Assembly (NCBI GenBank): GCA_043813075.1
Contig: JBDRLL010000023.1
Coordinates: 1 to 11,690 of the forward strand
DNA from: Candidatus Altiarchaeota archaeon
GTDB lineage: Archaea > Altiarchaeota > Altiarchaeia > IMC4 > SCGC-AAA252-I15
Length of the DNA stretch: 11,690 bases
Direction: 5' to 3'
Below are positions 1-5,546 of the stretch, one piece after another. Position 1 is the stretch's first letter. Each line of letters begins with the position of its first letter. The translations under genes and the position numbers were made by a program. The notes beneath the pieces were generated by a model. The model searched no databases and had not been told where the DNA came from. It saw nothing but the letters and a program-made list of their open reading frames with translations.

Positions 1-1
1 C

Positions 2-856
2 TGCACCCAAGTACTATGCTGCACGAGGTCTGACGACAGCAGCGGGAAATTCGTGAGAAGATGGTACTACGGGGGAAGTGGGGGGGATACTGTGGAGTTG
101 GGTGGAGTGCTGTTCTGCTCCACAGGACCACCACAACCCACAACCACAAGCACCACCACAACCACAAGCAGCACCACGACAACCATAAGCGGCAGCCTCA
201 GAGTGGCTATAGAATGCAACACAGGAAGCCGTAACTGCAACACACCCAGCGAAACAGCATACACCATAAGAAGCCTGCTGCAAGGCAGAGGCCATACCGC
301 CACGATAGTTGACGGAAGCGACATAGACACTCAAGCAGAACTGGAGCAATACGATGTGGTAATAGTCGGAGAGAGCGGGTATGGCGACAACGACTTCACC
401 GTATTCCAGACCCCGCTGAAGGCGTGGGTGCGGGACGGTGGAGGCCTTGTAGCTACAGCGTGGGTGCCGTACTTCATACAGGGCCAGGGCCTGTCTGGCC
501 AGGACCTGGATGACATCATCCCGGTAAAGCCGGGGACACAATACAGTAATATGGCAAGCATATCGATAACCGACTCCAGCCACCCGGTTACCGAAGGATT
601 GTCAGGCTTCAATTCTCCGAGCTTCAACAACTATGGGGGAGGCAAGGAGGGTGGAGCCACCATTCTTGGAATAGATGGTTTAGGCAATCCCGCGGTGGTC
701 GTGTGGACTCCGGTCAAAGGCAGGGCAGCTTATCTCTCGCCCAACTATTACGCAAGCCATGGCGCATACAATAACGAGCCCCTGCTTGACGGAAGCCTTT
801 CGGACGCGAGGGACCTGTTCATACAGTCAGTCGAATGGGCGGGCGGTATAAGGTAA
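2..856 (+). CDS. 5'-truncated putative surface protein: Cys-containing segment, Thr-rich linker and C-terminal class I glutamine-amidotransferase-like (ThuA-like) domain, probably non-catalytic
   Basis: Frame 2 is open from the window start (CTQVLCCTRSDDSSGKFVRRW...), so the GTG at 53 is probably internal; stop TAA at 854-856. The linker PQPTTTSTTTTTSSTTTTI is followed by ELEQYDVVIVGE...LKAWVRDGGGLVAT...HPVTEGL...GRAAYLS...FIQSVEWAG, a pattern typical of GATase-like/ThuA folds. No Cys at the expected nucleophile elbow. Confidence 0.7.
   Translation, partial: CTQVLCCTRSDDSSGKFVRRWYYGGSGGDTVELGGVLFCSTGPPQPTTTSTTTTTSSTTTTISGSLRVAIECNTGSRNCNTPSETAYTIRSLLQGRGHTATIVDGSDIDTQAELEQYDVVIVGESGYGDNDFTVFQTPLKAWVRDGGGLVATAWVPYFIQGQGLSGQDLDDIIPVKPGTQYSNMASISITDSSHPVTEGLSGFNSPSFNNYGGGKEGGATILGIDGLGNPAVVVWTPVKGRAAYLSPNYYASHGAYNNEPLLDGSLSDARDLFIQSVEWAGGIR
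138..170 (+). repeat. 15-nt direct repeat (CCACAACCACAAGCA x2, 18-nt period) within the Thr-rich linker coding sequence
   Basis: Identical copies at 138-152 and 156-170, encoding TTTS units. Confidence 0.7.
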
Positions 857-868
857 ATAAGAGTGAGG

Positions 869-1558
869 ATGAATGGTATTAACATGGACGGCGGCTTCAT
901 CAACGGTAATTGGATTATAGCATGCCTGATGCTGCTTGCCATGGTGAACTCCGTTTCCGCGGATATCATAGGGTATGTGACGATAGAGAATTACGCGTCA
1001 TGCAATGACGCTGACCCTGACATGGACGACGACTGGTACGACTGCAACATGGACCCGGCTAACTCCGACTGCAATCCTGTCGGAAGCCAGCACCAGGAGT
1101 TCACGTGCGGGTACAGCACGGCCAGCGCATTGGATGCGTGCAAGTGCATATACGGTTCTGAAGTGGAGGTGTCTGTGAACACGTATGTAATCTCTCCGAG
1201 AAACTGTCCCATATGGACGTGCGAGACAAACAGCGCAGACCAGTGCAACCAGAACCCCAAGATAGTCAGCGTCAACCTGGAGTATACTGGGACGCCGGTC
1301 TCCGGGAAGATAAGCCTGAACCCGAACGACTGGGACAGCAGCTACTGGCACTGCTTCTGGTGGGACGACCAGTTCCTGAAAAGCCAGCAGGCTGCGCCAA
1401 CAAACCCGTTTGAAATCAGCATAACAGATGCGGGCACACTTGCCCCAGGCAGCCATGAGCTTAAGATGTCGCTGGAGGATATGGAATGCGACGGAACGTC
1501 GTATCCAAGTAAGGAATGGCATGCGACAGAAGTTGAGATACAGGTTTTGTACGTTTAG
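869..1558 (+). CDS. Secreted Cys-rich, acidic hypothetical protein with Sec signal peptide
   Basis: ORF 863/869/884..1558, start uncertain. Hydrophobic segment WIIACLMLLAMVNSVSA has a probable V-S-A cleavage site. The mature part has 11 Cys, an Asp-rich stretch (CNDADPDMDDDWYDC) and a beta-rich C-terminal half. Confidence 0.75.
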   Translation: MNGINMDGGFINGNWIIACLMLLAMVNSVSADIIGYVTIENYASCNDADPDMDDDWYDCNMDPANSDCNPVGSQHQEFTCGYSTASALDACKCIYGSEVEVSVNTYVISPRNCPIWTCETNSADQCNQNPKIVSVNLEYTGTPVSGKISLNPNDWDSSYWHCFWWDDQFLKSQQAAPTNPFEISITDAGTLAPGSHELKMSLEDMECDGTSYPSKEWHATEVEIQVLYV

Positions 1559-1559
1559 A

Positions 1560-2141
1560 ATGGACTTGGACGACTTGATTGAAAACAAGGTGCTGATAGC
1601 TCTGGCGGGCCTAGTGCTGGTGGCGGTCATCGCTTGGAGCACTGGCTACTTAAATCCTGTGGAGACGACATCGACCACGATAACCACTACGACGCAAACG
1701 ACCATCCCGGAAAACAGGGTGGAGGATGCTTCAGAACTCCTGAAGGTGATGGGTAATATCCTCAGGGAGAATCCAGAGAGGGTGATAGATATGGGAGACA
1801 GCTACGTGCTCATACTGCCATCGCGCGATGCCGTGGAGTTCTCGAAGGACGGGAAAGAGACTGCGATACTGTTGAACAGGGCTGCGAGGGCAGGCCAGGA
1901 GCTTGAGTTCACAGCTTCAGACATGTCGTATTGCAGTGAAGACGCTGGAGGGGGGGATTTGTGCGTGAAGGACGAGGACGATGTTGAGCTGGAGATTCTC
2001 GGTTTATTCCCACAGGGATACGCCAGAAGGAGTTCAAGAATCGACGCCTATAGCACGCTAGACGCTGAGATGATTGATGCCATGAACACTACGGAATACG
2101 TGAGGAGAACTGCCGTAGGCGGGATGCTGGACGTGGGTTAA
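1560..2141 (+). CDS. Membrane-anchored hypothetical protein with N-terminal TM helix and Thr-rich linker (193 aa)
   Basis: ATG at 1560, 1 nt after the upstream TAG. Sequence MDLDDLIENK-VLIALAGLVLVAVIAW (TM) then ETTSTTITTTTQTT. The ORF-track start at 1428 overlaps the previous gene and is rejected. Confidence 0.75.
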   Translation: MDLDDLIENKVLIALAGLVLVAVIAWSTGYLNPVETTSTTITTTTQTTIPENRVEDASELLKVMGNILRENPERVIDMGDSYVLILPSRDAVEFSKDGKETAILLNRAARAGQELEFTASDMSYCSEDAGGGDLCVKDEDDVELEILGLFPQGYARRSSRIDAYSTLDAEMIDAMNTTEYVRRTAVGGMLDVG

Positions 2142-2174
2142 AGCATTTTTTCCTTTAAGACGATAACTTAACAC

Positions 2175-2585
2175 ATGAAAGCGCAGATTACGGTAGACTT
2201 CATGATAGCGATAGGAGTGGCCTTGACGCTTTTCATACTGATCCTTCAAACAATAAACAGCCAGGACTCCCAGCGGCGGGATATCGTCCACCGGGTGGAG
2301 GCGAAGAATCTGGCTGAAGAACTGGCGTCTGCGATAAACTCGGTGTATCTTTCTGGGGAGGGTTCCAACAGGACAATTGTCCTCCCCCACACAATGCAGG
2401 GGGGTGTGGGCTATGAAGTAAGGGTCTACCCGAAGTCGGTGCTTGTGAGGTACGACGACAATGTGAGGATGCAGTCCACGGGAACGCTTACTGCAGACAT
2501 CGGGCCCGGCGAATATGTGCTGGTGGACCCTGGGAGGATTATGATATCGTATTCTGGAGGTGTATTGAAGGTTGAGAATGAATGA
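2175..2585 (+). CDS. Minor pilin-like protein with class III signal peptide
   Basis: MKA|QITVDFMIAIGVALTLFILILQ: basic residue, A at -1, Q at +1, acidic D at +5, then a hydrophobic helix. The AEELASAINSVYLSGEG...IVLP segment is typical of archaeal pilin-like proteins. Confidence 0.8.
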   Translation: MKAQITVDFMIAIGVALTLFILILQTINSQDSQRRDIVHRVEAKNLAEELASAINSVYLSGEGSNRTIVLPHTMQGGVGYEVRVYPKSVLVRYDDNVRMQSTGTLTADIGPGEYVLVDPGRIMISYSGGVLKVENE

Positions 2586-3099
2586 TAAAGGGCAGATGTC
2601 CACGATAGACTTGACTGTTGCCTTCGTGATAATGCTGTTCATAATATTCGCGTCCCTTGAGGTGTGGACTACTGGCGTGAGGAAGATGGACACTGTATAC
2701 AACAAGCGGGGCATAGACCGTAAGGTACTGGACGTCGCGGAGTCGCTGGTGGAGACTCCAGGCGTGCCTTCAGGATGGCATACCCTGGATGTCGTTGACT
2801 CCAGCACTGTGGGTTCGGTAGGGTTCGCTAGGAAGAGGAATGTCTTGGACGGTCCGAGGCTGGATAAGGCATCTTCCATGGACTATGGGGAGTTGAGGAG
2901 GATCATGGGCTTGAGCAAGGAGGAGATTCACGTGGTAGTCAGGAACCTGAGTGACCCGGGTAGACGAGTTGTCTACGAGTACGGTCAGGGTACGGACGGC
3001 ACGGCAGTCGTCGTTAACAGGTATGGCATGCTGGGGGGCGACATGGTCGAAGTGAGTGTGAGGCTATACTATCCGGAGGGGTCCCAGCTGTCGGTGTAG
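2578..3099 (+). CDS. Minor pilin-like protein with class III signal peptide
   Basis: ATG at 2578 overlaps the upstream gene end. MNDKG|QMSTIDLTVAFVIMLFIIF, followed by AESLVETPGVPSGW...VGFA and MDYGELRRIMGL motifs seen in archaeal minor pilins. Confidence 0.8.
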   Translation: MNDKGQMSTIDLTVAFVIMLFIIFASLEVWTTGVRKMDTVYNKRGIDRKVLDVAESLVETPGVPSGWHTLDVVDSSTVGSVGFARKRNVLDGPRLDKASSMDYGELRRIMGLSKEEIHVVVRNLSDPGRRVVYEYGQGTDGTAVVVNRYGMLGGDMVEVSVRLYYPEGSQLSV

Positions 3100-3109
3100 G
3101 TGGTATGAT

Positions 3110-3490
3110 ATGACGGGCATATTCACTCTGGACGCGGTGGTGGGACTGTCCATATCGATGATGGTGCTAAGCGCCAGCATACTGATGCTCTCAGAGCCTA
3201 AATCCAGCAACAGGGAGAACGTCTACCAGATTTCCACGGACGTGCTCACGATACTCGACGAGAACGGCGGGCTTCAACGTCTGGCAAACCATGATGGGAG
3301 CATGCTAGGTGAGATAAAATCCGCTTTGCCGCAGAAGTACTGCATTGAATTAAGAATCAGGGACACCAACGACAATATCGTATTCCAGGAGGATGAGGAC
3401 TGCATTGGAAGCGAGTACGTGATCTCAAGGAGGAATTTCATGATGGAGCGAGAGCCGTATACGGCTGAAATAAGGATGTGGTACAAGTGA
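3110..3490 (+). CDS. Minor pilin-like protein with short class III-like signal
   Basis: RBS-like AGGTGGT at 3098-3104. MTG|IFTLDAVVGLSISMMVLSASILML has a G|xFTLDA motif, followed by STDVLTILDENG and two Cys. Confidence 0.75.
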   Translation: MTGIFTLDAVVGLSISMMVLSASILMLSEPKSSNRENVYQISTDVLTILDENGGLQRLANHDGSMLGEIKSALPQKYCIELRIRDTNDNIVFQEDEDCIGSEYVISRRNFMMEREPYTAEIRMWYK

Positions 3491-4308
3491 GGGACAGGGG
3501 ACTTTTATTCTCGATAATGAGCTTGATGCTGGTGCTGAGCGTGTTCACGCTGGCAGCCTACTATTCCACCATACACGTGGGGGAGGAAATACAGTCCGAG
3601 AAGATGAACAACATATTCAGTGACGTGCAGACGGACATCGAGCAGGTCCTTGCCATGAACGCGGAGGTGGTTCATGATGGGGGGAGGACTATGGTGAGGA
3701 TGAATGATAGGATGCCGCTGGAGGATGGCGTAAGCACACTAAACGCCTATGAGGACCATCTTGAAGGCTACTATGCGGGGAAGATAAACTCTGACATAAG
3801 GTTCTTTAGGGGGAGCGAGCCGGAGATGAGCATAGAGCCCGTCGGGATGGTGTACGGGTACAACACATACAACAAGCAGGAGTTGAGGGTATACAATGAG
3901 ACAGGCGAGGCGAGGGTATACGCTTATGAACTCTACTTCAGGGTAGACGGCAACTTCGTGAACGCGCAGGATGAGACACTATCCGGAAGCAGGAGGGTGA
4001 AGATAAACGGGACATTCGCGAACACAGGGTATGAGGAGATGTTCACAGTCTCGCCCACAGAAAGCTCGACCGTAACCCTGAACTTCACGACAGGTAAGGT
4101 CAGGATACACTTGGGTAGAAACACCATAAAAGGCGTTGAGAGGGATAATTCAATTAGGATAACCATGCTTGGCGACATAGGCGGCGAAATAGGCGCGAAC
4201 ATCGTGTTCGATGACATGGCGGACGTCGGCGTCAAGACGAATATGAGCCTGGAGGTCAGCGGGCCAATAACCAGAAGGGACAATGTATGGCTCACCCCCC
4301 CTGTATGA
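3487..4308 (+). CDS. Larger minor pilin or adhesin-like protein with class III signal peptide
   Basis: GTG at 3487 overlaps the upstream stop (GTGA); alternative GTG at 3478. (M)RDRG|LLFSIMSLMLVLSVFTLAAYY, beta-rich C-terminal domain, four N-glycosylation sequons (NET, NGT, NFT, NMS). Confidence 0.75.
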   Translation: MRDRGLLFSIMSLMLVLSVFTLAAYYSTIHVGEEIQSEKMNNIFSDVQTDIEQVLAMNAEVVHDGGRTMVRMNDRMPLEDGVSTLNAYEDHLEGYYAGKINSDIRFFRGSEPEMSIEPVGMVYGYNTYNKQELRVYNETGEARVYAYELYFRVDGNFVNAQDETLSGSRRVKINGTFANTGYEEMFTVSPTESSTVTLNFTTGKVRIHLGRNTIKGVERDNSIRITMLGDIGGEIGANIVFDDMADVGVKTNMSLEVSGPITRRDNVWLTPPV

Positions 4309-4340
4309 GCAGGACATGTCAGGTAGGTGTTTTCGTACCG

Positions 4341-4347
4341 TATAAAA
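4341..4347 (+). promoter_or_regulatory. Putative archaeal TATA box for the parA-adaptor-ATPase-platform unit
   Basis: TATAAAA lies 28-34 nt upstream of the ATG at 4375, in the 66-nt intergenic gap. Confidence 0.55.
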
Positions 4348-4350
4348 GGA

Positions 4351-4369
4351 GTTATTAGTAAGTAATAAC
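4351..4369. promoter_or_regulatory. Inverted repeat GTTATTA-N5-TAATAAC, candidate operator
   Basis: Perfect 7-bp arms (4351-4357 and 4363-4369) between the TATA box and the start codon. Confidence 0.45.
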
Positions 4370-4374
4370 AGTCT

Positions 4375-5349
4375 ATGGAGTTGAATGGCCGCATAATCCT
4401 GAGGGAGCTGCCCGACAAGGGAGAGGTTAGGATAGACACATTAGCTGAAGTCCTCGGTTTTGATAGGAAGAGTGTGCTGGAATCCTGTATGGCCCTTAGC
4501 AAGGACGGGTATGTTGAGGTGAGGAAACCATTATTCAGGAAATACCGTATATCTCGGACAGAAAAGAGGATGGGACGGCCAGGTAAATGCAGGGTTATAA
4601 GCGTTTCAAACCATAAGGGCGGGGTCGGGAAGACCACTACCGCCATAAACGTCTCAGCATCGCTCGCAGAGCTTGGGAAGAAGGTCCTTTTGGTGGACTT
4701 GGACCCGCAGGCGAATGCGACGACAACAATTGGGAGGGGTAAGAACATCAGATACAACATATACGACGTCCTATCCCTGACTGTGCCCGCTGCGGAGGGT
4801 GTGGTGGAGACTGACTACGGCTTCAGCCTGCTGCCATCGGAAGTCGGACTAGTGGGGCTTGAAGTCGAGTTGAGCGGAATCAGGAACAGGGAGCATCGTC
4901 TTGATGACGTGATAACAGACCTCAGGAGCGCGTACGACTACATCATAATAGACTGCCCGCCGTCACTCAGCATACTCGCTGTGAACGCGCTCACAGCATC
5001 GGACTCTGTCTTGATACCAGTGCAGTCAGACCAGTACGCCATAGAAAGCATTAGCACCCTCACCAGGATAATAGAGCTTGTTAAAGACAGGCTCAACGAA
5101 TCCCTCGAGATAGAGGGCGCGCTGATAACAATGCACGAGCCGGAATCCGAGTTCTCAAGGAGGATAGCGGAAGAGGTGAGGAGGAGGATGAAGGAGACTG
5201 TCCTGGATGTGGTTATCGAGAGGGATCCTAAGGTGAGCGAGGCTGCTGGCAGCAACATGCCTTTAATCAAATACGACCAGGAATCAAAGGCTGCGAAAGC
5301 ATACATGGAATTGAGCAGGAAACTGATTTCAGATGAAAGAGAAGGATAA
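4375..5349 (+). CDS. parA: ParA/Soj-family ATPase with N-terminal winged-helix extension
   Basis: Deviant Walker A KGGVGKTT (from 4615), VLLVDLDPQANAT, Walker B YDYIIIDCPPSL and NALTASDSVLIPVQ give strong Soj similarity. The N-terminal ~62 aa (IILRELPDKGEVRIDTLAEVLGFDRKSVLESCMALSKDGYVEV) are wHTH-like. No C-terminal MinD amphipathic helix. Confidence 0.92.
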   Translation: MELNGRIILRELPDKGEVRIDTLAEVLGFDRKSVLESCMALSKDGYVEVRKPLFRKYRISRTEKRMGRPGKCRVISVSNHKGGVGKTTTAINVSASLAELGKKVLLVDLDPQANATTTIGRGKNIRYNIYDVLSLTVPAAEGVVETDYGFSLLPSEVGLVGLEVELSGIRNREHRLDDVITDLRSAYDYIIIDCPPSLSILAVNALTASDSVLIPVQSDQYAIESISTLTRIIELVKDRLNESLEIEGALITMHEPESEFSRRIAEEVRRRMKETVLDVVIERDPKVSEAAGSNMPLIKYDQESKAAKAYMELSRKLISDEREG

Positions 5350-5545
5350 CGAGTCTAGGGGGCTTGACTCCCTGATACCAAGGGAGAGCAAGGGCGAGAA
5401 GCTGGGTAGGGGCGAAATACAGAAGGTGCTTTCCATCCTGGACGAGCTGCTGGGCAGGCTTCCTGACGAAGAGGTTGAAGAATTCGCGAAGTCCAAGGAA
5501 TACGAGCTATACGTGAAGCTCCTTGAATCATATAACGTAAGGTAA
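5333..5545 (+). CDS. Small 70-aa helical protein with a ParB-like N-terminal RGLDSLI peptide; putative ParA partner or adaptor
   Basis: Overlaps parA by 17 nt and ends 1 nt before the ATPase start. Contains SRGLDSLIP and KLGRG, then amphipathic helices VLSILDELLGRLPDEEVEEFAKSKEYELYVKLL. Confidence 0.75.
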   Translation: MKEKDNESRGLDSLIPRESKGEKLGRGEIQKVLSILDELLGRLPDEEVEEFAKSKEYELYVKLLESYNVR

Positions 5546-5546
5546 A

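Noticed and set aside
128-190. ACC/ACA-rich repeats as a CRISPR or other non-coding repeat array
   Set aside because: They are explained by the Thr-rich linker coding sequence and show no repeat-spacer structure.
1428-1559. ORF-track N-terminal extension of the 1560-2141 gene
   Set aside because: It overlaps the upstream CDS. ATG 1560 directly follows the stop and precedes the TM helix.
2058-2879. Long minus-strand ORFs (also 14-583, 998-1642, 3933-4760, 6725-7276, 8817-9218, 9234-9665, 11092-11418)
   Set aside because: These are antisense shadows of well-supported + strand genes, with no recognisable motifs.
4295-4301. Homopolymer runs (C7 at 4295-4301, G7 at 80-86) as phase-variation tracts
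   Set aside because: They are short and in frame, encoding Pro/Gly codons in a G-rich sequence. The C7 run is at the very end of its gene, so slippage would have little effect.
4313-4320. 8-bp palindrome GACATGTC upstream of the parA promoter
   Set aside because: It is short enough to be expected by chance in 11.7 kb, and the same octamer occurs inside a CDS at ~1920-1927.
4375-5545. Standard chromosome-partition parAB or segAB cassette
   Set aside because: The downstream gene is only 70 aa with no GxRR CTPase, HTH or obvious ribbon-helix-helix domain. No parS-like repeat array was seen, and the context is a pilus operon.
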